A DNA stretch of 63,552 nucleotides from Lytechinus pictus (lineage: Eukaryota), in contig NC_087247.1 of assembly GCF_037042905.1 (NCBI RefSeq), positions 25,234,449 to 25,298,000 on the forward strand, written 5' to 3'. A program made the translations under genes and the position numbers. A model generated the notes under the pieces. It had not been told where the DNA came from and searched no databases. It saw nothing but the letters and a program-made list of their open reading frames with translations. Positions 12,667 through 24,899 of this stretch are shown here, in pieces; positions within the stretch are counted from its first letter, which is position 1, and every line of letters begins with the position of its first letter.

Positions 12667-14244
12667 TGGGGCCGAAGTCGGCAGCAACCATTCACTCATC
12701 AAGGGCGACAAGAGGACAGATGAGAGCGAAGGGACAGGCAGATGTGTTGTGTAGTGTTTATTAATCATAAACAGAAGAAAAAACGGAAAAACAGGAAAAA
12801 CGGGAAAAACGGGAAAACCCCTGCATTGTACAGAAGACAAAAGAAAACATCATGAGTATAAAATAACATAAATTGTTACAAGTTGTATCATCAGTTATCA
12901 GACTTCTGTACAATGTAAGTAGTTCAATTAAAGTAAGTAGTTCAATTAAAGTAAATTGATATGGAATATCAATTGTAGTTATTTAACCAAACAATGTAGA
13001 AATTATTATCATATAATATTATAAATTGTCGTAATACAGTATTCATTATCATATAATATTATAAATTTCACCTTCCGGAAAGGAAAAACACCTGAAATTA
13101 TGACATCAAAGTATTTCTGACTCGGATTGTCATGTTAGAATTTAGCGTAAATCACTAGGTTAAATAACTCACCCTAGTATAATAAGGTCCCAGGAATATA
13201 TGTCTCCTGGTCAGCTGCGCCCATGGTCAGCAGCCATGAACACTCAACAGCCTCTATATCAGCGGCTATAAAAAGGAATAGATCCGTTATCTACTATGTA
13301 TTTCAACATATAAATCGTTACTTCAAAAACCCAACAATTAATTTCGCAAGACCAAAGCGGGTCTGATATTTAAGACTAAGCATCAATCTAAATATTGTAA
13401 GCAAAGATCGCAAAGAGTATGCTGACGTACATAATTATACATTCCATCGTTTGGTGAATGAATTTAAACATGTCATATAAAAAAATGCAAAGTGATTAAA
13501 TATCATCACTGTCAATCACATAAGCTGCATGAAATATTAAGCAGTTTATTTCGTGGTACATAGTAAATATTAAGGTGTGTTCAAAGATTCAAAAGTTATA
13601 AGCTGGATATACATAATGACACAATTCAAAATGTAAAACAGTGTGTTTTCTAACACTACTTTGTCCAGCTAGAAATGAACAATCCCATAGAAATAAGAAT
13701 ATTTTCCGAGTAACGAGATCCTATAAATTCCAGCAAAGTAAAACATACATCAGATAAAATTCAATTAACATACCTGGTAAATAACAACTGCAAACCTACA
13801 GTCAAAAGCTAATGTGCAGCTTCTAAAAGGGTCAACAAGCCGCGACGACTTCGTTTTGAGTTGTGCGCGGGATAATGTCACTGCCCAGCTACCGGGCCTT
13901 GCCTAATATATCTCCGCATTTAGATATTAATGACGTCACACTCTAATGCATCAAAATATGATATGCTAGTGAATATTAATTTAAATCGACATTAATATGT
14001 AATATATATATGCATATTTATATTCATGCATCTATGTCCAACAAATGTATCATAATACATGTTTTTAAAAATAATAAAGGGGAGGACTATTTTTCCTCGG
14101 CAGGATGACACTAGACCCACGTGACCCAAAAGTGATTAGGTTTCGCGGTCTGTGATAAAATTTTACCACACCCGAATTGGTCGTAGGGTGGTCAAAAATA
14201 GATAAATCAAATAAAAAAATTAAGAAATTAGTTTGGTCACTACA
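12667..14244 (-). mobile_element. LTR-like insertion (solo or truncated LTR)
   Basis: TG...CA ends. The minus strand starts TGTAGTGACC and has AATAAA at 12757-12762, ~90 bp from its 3' end. It contains short internal tandem repeats, CRE TGACGTCA (13931) and CACGTG (14118). No ORF. Confidence 0.5.
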
Positions 14245-14247
14245 CTT

Positions 14248-14409
14248 CCTATTGCCTAAAATGTGATATATTGGGTAATCTCTCTGCCAAATACTTTACA
14301 ACTATCTGCTCTTTATGGATAAGTATAAGTATAAAACTTCAAACAAGACAAATAGGATTAATGATAAACATTCTGTTATTATACGTATATCATCTTGTAG
14401 ATGCTAAGT
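14248..14409 (+). repeat. 162-bp direct repeat, copy 2
   Basis: Identical by eye to 12505-12666. Confidence 0.93.
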
Positions 14410-15615
14410 AACACTTTCATGTATAAGTTCGGGCAAACTATATTTAAAAGCAATGTCTAAAGTTTGTGTTATTTAAAAAAAAGAAAACTTTCCAGGTAGC
14501 CATTTGACCCCTGTGTGAAGGGAAATAAATGCAAATAAAATGCTTGCCCTACCCATACAGATAAATACAATCATCTGAGGGGGAGTCCTCTCAGAGTGTT
14601 CACTGGGAACAAACCACTGTTTCATCATAACATATGAAAACTAATATAATAAGCTTTTGTGTATTACATTTATTAAACTCCACAAAGATTTAAAGTATAT
14701 CATAGAAATAATTTTGTCAAATGTTTCTGAGCAGTGCTTTACTAGATAATTAAATGGAAAGACATTTAGATCTTCTGAAAGCATAAAATTGTAAATGAGC
14801 ATCTTTTTTGGTTGTTATCTAAAGCCAGCCTTGAATAGTGATTTATCATATCATATTACTATTTTCCTAACCATTCATTCACCTTTTGATAATCTATTTT
14901 ATTTTCCTAAATTACATGTCAAAATAATTCTTGGGATTTATCCTAAATAGTTCTTACCATTCTTTTCCATTTGCCATTCATTAAGCTTAGAAACATTCTT
15001 GAGGACAAAGCAAGTATATATTAGGTGCATTCGGCTGTCTCTTTGCACTTAATGATGTACCCACCCACCAGAATTTGTGATGTCACTGAACTTAAATGAC
15101 TTTAAGCATCCCTTTATGTGCGAGCTAAATGTAATAAGATGTCATATTTTTAGCTAATTCGAGTAAATATCATGAAAATATGATTGAATTTATTCATCCT
15201 TTGGTACAATATAGAATGACAAAATGATTGAAAGACTTTTCTGCTGCACATTCTTCTGTCAAATCTTCATACTTATATGCGAAATGTGCGACTGAATAGT
15301 TTCAACACCTACACTTTCTGCCCCACTTTGATAAAGAGTTGATAACGCCCGAAATAGACTTCCATCTATGTTTTCCTTTCAAGATGTACTAACAAAAGTT
15401 TCTAAATATATTCCTGAGTTCAGAAGAAATTTGTTTATAAACACTGAATGGATCATATGTATTTGTTTTCATGAATATATTACTCATCAAATCTGTCTAT
15501 ATCACTCCCTTGTTCCTGTTTAAGTCAAACATCACTCAACTGTTACCTATTCTCTACATTTTTGGAAGATATGCTGGAAAATTATAGAATGGTTGACAAT
15601 CAGCTGAAACTAATT

Positions 15616-16033
15616 CCGGTGGGGGGGGGGGCCAGTCAAATATATTGCTGTACACACGCATGACCAAGGAATTTCCAAACACCCCCTAAACGAGTTTTTC
15701 TCTGTGTGCAAAATAACACCCTAAACAAGTTTTTTGCGGGCTTTATTTACACATTTTGGCCCCTAAACAAGTTGTCGCCAAACTATGACCTCTGGGGAAA
15801 AAGCTTGGGGGAAAAAACATACCCTAAATACGTTTGACCCTGCAATTGACCATTGACCAGTCTTTCAAAACCACCCTTTTTCTTGAAAATCTGTGTTTTT
15901 GATACCCTTAACGAGTCTACGTGCAGACCGCGTCCAAAACTGAAAAAACACCCCTTTAAACGTGTTTTTTTGTCACACTTGTGTGTACAGCAATATATTT
16001 GACTACCCCCCCCTGCCCCTGACCCCCCCCCCC
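15616..16033. mobile_element. Poly-G/poly-C-ended MITE
   Basis: TIR AGTCAAATATATTGCTGTACACAC / GTGTGTACAGCAATATATTTGACT inside G and C tracts, with repeated CCCTAAA(C/T) motifs. The right terminus is degenerate and no TSD is visible. Confidence 0.8.
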
Positions 16034-16367
16034 ACTCCAAATAAAGAACAAATGAATGAATAAATACAAGTATCCCGCATGATTATAAAACAGTCACATG
16101 ATAACAACAAAATTGTAAAATATATATATATCTTTTTTAATTACTTTTTCAGAATTGTGTTAGCGAATAGATCATACTACATAGTCCAATTAAAATTAGC
16201 AGCCCTTTTATCTCTTGATTGACAAGATATATATATATTGTGGTATTCTTTAACAACTAGATAGATACACTCTTATCATCCCATTGCAAAGCCTCAAAAA
16301 TATTTCCAAAAACATTTATTTCTCTACTGTTTGCCCTCCTAAACACAAGTAATGAGAATAGTCAATA

Positions 16368-16468
16368 AAAGGCCAAGTCCATCCAAACAAAGAGTTGTTC
16401 GAATACATCTTAGAGAAAAATCAAACTATCATAACATTTAAAATTTCATGAAAATGAGATGTAAATGG
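16368..16468 (+). mobile_element. Degenerate left-arm fragment of the TTAA-AGG MITE family
   Basis: AAAGGCCAAGTCCATCC...AGAGAAAAATCAAACTATCATAAC...AAAATTTCATGAAAAT resembles the arms at 19044 and 27009. Confidence 0.55.
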
Positions 16469-17478
16469 GTAAGCATGACTGTTTCGTGGGACTGTTGCAT
16501 ATTACTTGGTATGGCAGTGTAGTTCATGCAACAATATTCCACAGGATGACCTGACATTAATTACCAATGATTTTAAGTACTTACATTATAAAAAGGGGAA
16601 ATCACTGGTATATAGAATAGAAATGTGAATGACAAACCTTATTAGAACTAAAAGGTTGGGACAATCACAGATTATTCACATGTTCTATCAATTCATAACG
16701 GTAAAAAAATATTTGTACATAGCCCACTAAATTGCCTGATTTAACAAAACCAACATTACAGGTTATGATTGCTACGGATGGAACAACTCCAGAGGCTTGT
16801 GTTTTCAAATTGATGTGTTTTGCCTTCAGCATAAATGCGGCATTCAGTGCAATTTCAGAAACATCAACAATATGATATTTCCGATGTGACAGCCTTCGGG
16901 GTCACATCATCTCTCCCATCACACTCTTGGTAGAGGATGGGGAGGGGAGAGCTAAGGCAGAGTGTTAATTTGTAATAATTAGGTCACTGAACGCACCCCT
17001 CGAAGGAAGAGCGGATGCATCACATAGGAGGGTTTATCCCATAATCCAACTCAAACAAGTGTGTCACATTAATAACGGAAAACCCAATTTCAAAATAGCT
17101 GCTTTTCAACTGATGGATGGCATTTCAAAAGGCTGGAAATAAGATTTTCATGGTTTATTCCTGGATGGGTGAGAAGATCGATGCATTATAAAAAACTTTT
17201 GACAAAGTGAACGTAACCTTTTAATTGATATGTTCCCCATCATGACCTGAGAAGAATTTTATTCATAAAACACAAGGATTTTTTTCTGTTAATTATAATT
17301 CCATGATACTCATTTTGATCAAATACCTGTTATTCCATTTCTTGATTTTGTTTAATTGAATAGACATACTTCAGATTGGAATGAAATCAGATGAAAGCTT
17401 TCTAATACAAAACCACAAAATCTGTATTTTGTCACTCTTGGACAAGTAAATTTAATTTGGTTTTTACTTACATAAACT

Positions 17479-18007
17479 CCCGGGGGGGGGGGGGGGCACT
17501 CGACCAAAAAAGTAGTAGGTGTGTGCCGCGGGCAAGACAAAAACGGGGGCCTTGGAGCGGGCTTATTGTAAAAAGGAGGGTCCTCGGAACGGGCTTCGGA
17601 ACTACAAATGTTTGTGAAAACGGGGATCCTTGGAACGGGTCGCCTGCGTTTGAGTGCGTATGTATCCCTATGGAACATGCATGCAGCTAGCCCGGCGGCA
17701 CGACTGCTGGGCGCGCTAACGCGGAGGCGATGGTCGGACAGCGCTCTGCGACCGCTTTTCACCAAAATTGCGACCGGAACGGCGTAACGGAAAATATGCG
17801 AAGCTTTGGAGCGGATATCTTTCTTCTTTTTTTCTCGCTAAGAAGAAAATGCTATGCTTTGGAGCGGCTTTCTTTGTTCTTTTTCTCAATAAGACAAAAA
17901 TGCTATGCCTTGGAACGGAAATTTGAGTGTAAAAATGGGGGTCCCCTCCGCGGCACATACCCACTATGCATTATATACTGAGTGCCCCCCCCCCCCCCCC
18001 CCCCGGG
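17479..18007. mobile_element. CCCGGG(G)n-ended MITE with 8-bp TSD
   Basis: TIR CCCG(n)CACTC / GAGTGC(n)GGG. Perfect TSD CATAAACT at 17471-17478 and 18008-18015. CpG-rich interior. Confidence 0.92.
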
Positions 18008-19043
18008 CATAAACTAAAAGCTTACTGTTGTATATGATGCAAGAATTGTGCAGATAAGAAAATTCTATATTCAACAGTGAAAGTAATTATTCAATGGTGG
18101 AGAGGCAGAGATTTGAATTGTCAACTACTTTGTCAGCTAGAGATAAAATGACTACATATAACAATGTATAACAGATCATATATCAGAAACACAGGTAACA
18201 TTTGTTTTAGCATGAACAAATTAGTTTTGGTTCCTGTGAATATGCGTGTGATCATAGTGTAAAATCAATGCAGGAGGCAGAAGGCCATGACCACAGAGAT
18301 TATTGGAGTCTAGCATAGATTGTGATTACTGATATGTGCAATTTAAATCATTTTTCTAAAAAGTTAATTACTTATGTCGAATGATGTCTTATATAGTATT
18401 TAGACAATGAGACCAAGTTTATCAGTTCTATGCCAATTACCCTATATAGCTACCACTACACAACATAACCTTAATTAAACATAATCTTATTTTCTTTCAC
18501 ACAACTAAATCATGTATTCACACAAAATCATGTGAACTCCTGTAATTACACATATATATCCAACACCTTTGCGCTAGTATTATCTGTCAAAACACACATG
18601 ACTAGTACTTAATGTTAGCAACACAAAGATTGCTCAAGATTATGTTTGATCGATGTAATTGCTAAAGTTATTTATCCAAGGTGACTAAACATTGATGAAG
18701 AACATTTGAAAGATTACAACCAAAGAAGAGATGCAGTATATGCTTCTGTATTCAATCGAATACTTTAAGAGATTGATAACGAGAAGGCGGTAAACCATAA
18801 TACCACAGGAATTCAATGATATGCAAATATGGAATTATGAAATTAGGGTCACCTTAGAGAAATTCATCAAATAATTTAATCTTTGTCGAAAATGAAAATA
18901 AAATGAACAAACACTCCAAATTAAAGACATCTAAAAACGAATCCCAATCATCTGTATGTGAGACATTCATGAAATTTTCTGTCTCTGATTTCCGGTTCTT
19001 ATGACAGTCTGTAAAGTCAAATTACCATGATTTGGTCAGTTTT

Positions 19044-19653
19044 TTAAAGGTCAAGTCCACCTTAGGAAAACCTTGATTTGAATAAATAGAGAAAAATCAA
19101 ACTAGCATAACGCTGAAAATTTCATCCAAATCGGATGTAAAATAAGAAAGTTAGGCATTTTAAAGTTTCGCTTATTTTTCACAAAACAGTGATATGCACA
19201 ACTCATTGACATGCAAATGAGTCAGTCAATGATGTCCATCACTCACTAATTCTTTTGTTTTCTATTATTTGAATTATACAATATTTCATTTTTTACAGAT
19301 TTGACAATTAGCACCAACTTGACTGAACCATACAGTATCAAACAATGCTAATTCCACATGTTCAGGGAGGAATTGATTATTATTTCACCTGACAATGAGG
19401 AGAAAATTAGAATATTTCATATTTCATATAATGAAATACAAAAGAAATAGTGAGTGGATGATGTCATCAGTCTCCTCATTTGCATACCAACCAGGATGTG
19501 CAGATAACTGTTTTGTGAAATTAAGCGAAAGTTTAAAATGTCATAACTTTCTTATTTTACATCTGATTTTGATGAAATTTTCAGTGTTTTGCTTGTTGGA
19601 TTTTTCTCTTTTTATTCAAATCAACTTTTTGTTGGGGTGGACTTGTCCTTTAA
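19044..19653 (-). mobile_element. TTAA-AGG (Kolobok/T2-type) MITE, full length
   Basis: TTAA|AGGTCAAGTCCACC ... GGTGGACTTGTCCT|TTAA with long imperfect arms. Opposite orientation to the 27009 copy. Confidence 0.9.
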
Positions 19654-22600
19654 GTGAAGTAAGACTTGAGGAAAATGGGGGTCGGACATACGAAATGGTT
19701 GAATATTTAATGGAATTGCCCTGTGGTTGTTGAATAACTATCAATTATAGATTGACAAACAAGGATTATTTCATTTTGAAAAATCCAATATATCCTCTTT
19801 GTTATATTTTCAATAATTATCAGCATGTTATCAAAATGGAGACATGATTTTCCTTCACATGTATTTTTTTAATGAAATGATGAATATTTTATATGATAAA
19901 TGCAAATACAACATCAAAGATTAACTCATTGCACATCCATGACATATTTAAACAACTATTTCTTTGGAAATAGCAAAAGTTGAAAGTTCCTTAACTTGTT
20001 ATTTATAAATTCTGTACATGATCTTTATGAAATTTTCAATGTTTTTACTGTTAGTGTTAGTCTAGTTATTCAATTCACATTAATATCAAGCCAAACTACC
20101 CCTTTAAGAATTGCAATGTACAGTCATCAGCATGTTATGCATTACAACTTAATATCATAACATTTTGATGAGAAGACAATAAAAAGTATTGCAAACTAAC
20201 GCTACTATCCCTTGAATACAGTCGTGGTGAGGCCCGCAGCATCTAGACCGATAAGAGATCAGGTTTTCGCTGAATCGGAACCCATTAAGATCTACTTATT
20301 GGTTTTGCAACACCAACAAAGTTCTATCTAATGCGCTATTGATTGTGGAAATTGAGAGAACAAACTCGTATGAATGATGAAGCGATGCTAAGAAAGCCCC
20401 CGAAGCGATTGGATGAGGAAGATCCAAGCATTCTTTCAAATCAAGTTCAATGACTCCACATTGGAGGAGATAGAAGAGATGCATCAATCAGGATAAAGTC
20501 AGGTAGGGAAAATGGTAACAATGTTGTGTGTGAAAAGCACATCAAATAATAGAACTGTTCAATATAATTGCCATCTCTATGAAATTTAGTTCCTAATAAT
20601 TAGTAATCAATATCAACTGACAAACTGTTTATTGAAGGAGGGAGGAGTTTTGAAATCTCATCTCGTTTGACTGGAATTGACGACATGATAATAATCTTAA
20701 TTCAATTTTTTGCAGCTGCACATTAAATATAATTGCAAATGTTGATTATATTTGAATTACGTGTAGTAGGTTGACACAAAATGAAAAGATACAATTACTA
20801 TTCACAATTGATTGTAACTTTGTGTACATGGTTTGACAACAGTTAACTGCTTAAATATACAATACAATCAATTGTATTTTTATGTTACAGAGGCCAGGTG
20901 ACTATAAGCATTTCTATGTAGTTAATCAACTTGTCAGTTTGAGATCATATACAGTTACAACATAGTTTCTCTAAATATCTACAGATATTACATCTATAGA
21001 TATTATTTGTTATGTTATAACATAACAAATTGACAACTTAATCTTAGGTGTTAATTTTGATCAACATGAGCAATAAGAATCAACCCAGCTCAATAACAGT
21101 TAATCAAAATCTAGAATTAATACTTTGGAATATATGTCATGCATGTACATACTGTATATAATTTGTCAATACAATCAATTATATGAAAAACATTTGTAGG
21201 CCTATATGATATTGGTTAAGCATTAGACAAGTCATTGTCAAGGAATGTAGGACAGCTTGGTAGACACTTTAGAAGTTATAGATGACAATAAGTTTACAAA
21301 TATTTCTAGTCTGTACATGTATACGATACATGTATGTTACAGGAACATTGCCAAATGCAAAAAAATAATGAAATTTATTCTTTTTGGTGAAAACAATTGA
21401 ATAAATCAGAATTTATGACAACGGTTCTATCAAAAATGAAATATCTTTGCTGACCTTTTACCTAAGAATAAAATACAGACCTACTTTTCATGTTTTGCTT
21501 GAACAATTCAGAATGAGTCGGATGAAGATTAAGATTCACCCTATGAATTCTGAAGTAAGATTGATTTAGAAAATTTATGGAAATTGATATTCTGTCCCCT
21601 CAAGATTTTCCTCCATCCTTTGAAATATCGCTAATGGTTTGGGACGTCATTCTCCAATTAAGTCTTACAATTTCCACAGATCATCATTTGGGGGACCTAA
21701 TTTATGAAGGTTCAAACAGTAGTTTAGTGCAGGGACCTCCATATATCATCGACCCGGGATGACAACCATTCTAACATCCAAGGCAATATTCTGTACATCT
21801 TTTCATCTCTTCATCATAATGACAGAGAATGGCCTCATTTTACCGTAATTAGTGCCTCGGGGCACCTTCTTTTCAACCCCCACCCAACCAAAATACGAAA
21901 AAAAATTCCCAAATAGTGGTTGCTTTAAATGAAAGAAATGCACTTTGTTCATCCATTCTTGGCCTTACAAAGAATCATTTACAGGTTTGCACAATATTCG
22001 ATCATCCTTCACCAAAAGGCTTTTAGTTTGAATCCAGGTGAGGTGACAGAGTGTGTGTTTAACCAATTGATGACACCCTCAAAGGGATGAGCAATTGGTA
22101 TGTCGCCTTACAGTTTAGATTTTGCCATTTTTAGGAAATGGCTATTGGTTGAAAGTCAATTTCTGATGAATGTGACTTTTTTTGTTCCATGGAATATGCC
22201 TCCAGGCTGTTCAGTACACAAGACCATTTAAAAACCTATAAACCACTTCTCCCACACCTCCAATTTAATTTTCTCCTTTTTTTTCGTCGTCAAATGAAAA
22301 CTGGAGCAACTGTCGCTTCTCCTTGTCCAACGATAACAGTTAACAGTTATCGCAAAGACAATAGCATTTGATTATCCTTTTGAACTTTCATGGTTGGTTT
22401 TGGCGGTTGTCTCATCATATTCGCTTTAATACCACATCGCAATCCATGTGGAAAGTTTACTTTAAAATTTGATTTATGACATATACTCGAGGAGTGAAAA
22501 AAAATTGTTCATTTAATAAATCAAATTATCCACTATTATAAAAGTGTATTTCTCCAGAGATGTTCAATGTCAATCTTTCCAAGCACTGCATTCTCAAAAT

Positions 22601-22741
22601 TAATAATCTTCTACTCGGAATATTTTATCAGTTTTTAAAGTCCACATTGATATTAAGTTGGTTTTAATGAAAGCAGAACAATTATAGAAACATATTAATA
22701 AAGGTTTCACATAAATTATATTAAACTTATTCATTTTACAT

Positions 22742-22932
22742 AAATATTTTTTTTTGAGGGGGTCGAGTAGCTTCTGAATATATAATGTAATAAATTCATT
22801 TGTTCGATGTTTCAAGTATATTCCATATATTGCATGACACAAATATATTTTTGAGGGGGTCGAGTAGCTTCTGAATATATAATGTAATAGATTAATTTGT
22901 TCAATGTTTTAATTCCATATATTGCTTGAAAC
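22742..22932. repeat. ~100-bp tandem duplication
   Basis: TTTTGAGGGGGTCGAGTAGCTTCTGAATATATAATGTAATA occurs twice, and the downstream sequence is also similar. Confidence 0.85.
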
Positions 22933-23240
22933 AATCAGAAATTGAATGATAACCATGTACCATCTTAAACATGCTTGAACTGAAATGCTCAACAGAATTG
23001 ACAGTTTTACCTAAATTGTTTTAACCTATTGGAAACTATGTTTTGTTGAGGTCTATATGGAAATGTGTGTTATATACTTAAAGTGGAATCAACTTGTCTC
23101 CAATGGGTAAAATTTTAAATAGGAATTATTTCTCCAAGATTAAAAAAAGTAAAATATTTACAGCATCCAAGTCATAACACTACCAATGCATGCCATTTAC
23201 TAGAGGAAAACAGTGTGGCAGAGAGTTGCCTTTTTTACCA

Positions 23241-23463
23241 GGCATGGTGGCTCGGTGGTAGGGCACCAACGTCATGAAGGGAGGTTGTGGGTTCAATCCC
23301 TGACCAAGTCATACCAAATACTTTTCAAAAATGGGACCTTCATCCATCTATCCAGGTGCTCAGCATATTAGAATGGAGAAGGGTAATAATAAAGTTATGT
23401 TATGCAGGGCCAGCTGGAAGTTCAGCTTATACCTGAAGTGGTTATACCCTGAGTAAAAATGAG

Positions 23464-23465
<2 letters not shown>
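23241..23465 (+). mobile_element. tRNA-derived SINE
   Basis: A box TGGCTCGGTGG (23248), B box GGTTCAATCCC (23290), central GTCATACCAAA..AAAAATGGGACC..GCTCAGCAT block, followed by an (ATT)n tail. Confidence 0.75.
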
Positions 23466-23496
<31 letters not shown>

Positions 23497-23609
23497 ATTA
23501 TTATTATTATCATCATCACTATTATCATTATCATTAGTATTATTATTATTACTATAACTATTATTATCATTATTATCATCATCATCATCATCATTATTAT
23601 TATTATTAT
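23466..23609. repeat. (ATT)n/(ATC)n microsatellite, expanded SINE tail
   Basis: Compound trinucleotide run. It accounts for the poly-N and poly-I ORFs in the track. Confidence 0.92.
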
Positions 23610-24750
23610 GTGGCTCTGTGTCAGTTTCACTTTTCCCAGTTAATATAATTAATCTTCTTGATTTTTTTTTATTACTCTCTATCTTTACTTTACCAATGCA
23701 TTGCTTCCTTTCAGTGCATTCATGCTTACCATTTTCACTCTCTTTTTCTCTCATCCCCTTTCCCCCTCCCCTCTCCACCCCTCACTTCCTTTTATCCACT
23801 TTTAATCCCTGCTTCCAGGGCTCTTGGCCCCACTATACATCACTTTACAGAAACGTATAATCTCATTTCCGCTCATCATCAATGTATGGGATGAGATATA
23901 ATCCCTATGCCTAAAACATTGTCAATCAACGCTGTTAAATTGGGTTAATGAGGCTGATAGTCAATGGTTCAGTCTTTAATTAATCCACATTAATTAAATT
24001 ATGCACAATGACAATTGAATCTTTTCTCATGGCTCAAAGCTCCAGTAACATGGACTTTGTTCTAAATGAAATTACTAGTATTTAAGACCTCAATTCAATT
24101 AATATCTTGAGTTATTTTCATAGTATTTTCATCATCCACTAGTCCAATTTTCATTCGCATTGATCACCTATATGCGAATTCACGGGGAAAGACACCTTTA
24201 TATTCACACCTTTTGTTTGTGAGAGTAAAAATATAATTTTTTTTTCTGTATCTGATGTAGTTTTATTTCATCATTGAGTTTCATCCTGCTATAAACAGCA
24301 CTTTTGATAGTGAAAATTGCTACCTAACCATTCTAAAAATAATTTTTTTAAATGTGGGCTAAATTGTTCTTTCCACTACAGTCAAATGGCAAGACAAACA
24401 ATGATTTCTTGACCTATTTCTTTTACATTTTCTCCCACCAGAATATTCTTTCTTGAAACAGAGGGCCATTCACACATCACATTACTTCAGTATTTTGAGA
24501 TACTATCATACAAAATACTGGTAAAATCCCATTAGAAATTATTAGTGACTGACAATTCTATTAATAAACTCCATCTGTCTGGATGAACCACCTCTTGGTC
24601 TCCTCTGTGCCTAAAAGAGAAAACAGTCACCAGGCTGATGTTGCTAACCACAAAAAAAAATTCAAGTAAAAAACACTAAATTAAATACATGCAGTTAAAG
24701 GAAATTGCGTCAAAAAGCTCCCTTTTGACTGATTTTTAAAAAATTGACCG

Positions 24751-24899
24751 TTCACACTGCAAAATTACAATTTTGCTGCATTAAACGACAAAAAAATTGC
24801 AGGATCTTATTTTGAAAGATTCAAGCATTTAATGGAAGTAGTTGAGTCAATTCTAACCACCAAAATTCTACTAACCAAACATTTTTTTTACAGTGTGAA
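24751..24899. mobile_element. Small degenerate MITE with CACTG-type (EnSpm-like) ends
   Basis: TTCACACTGCAAAA / TTTTACAGTGTGAA (13 of 14 inverted match). Confidence 0.4.

Noticed and set aside
12505-14409. TRIM/LARD reading with the 162-bp repeats as LTRs and TGGGGCCGAAG as PBS
   Set aside because: The repeats lack TG..CA ends, there is no outer TSD or polypurine tract, and the PBS match to a tRNA 3' end is poor.
16512-16524. miR-34-like TGGCAGTGTAGTT
   Set aside because: The match stops at 13 nt and no star arm is evident.
17352-17981. Overlapping 77-137 aa ORFs
   Set aside because: They lie in a GC-rich MITE, where stop codons are scarce, and show no transposase motifs.
23442-23778. Poly-Asn/Asp/Ile ORFs
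   Set aside because: Translation of the (ATT/ATC)n SINE tail.
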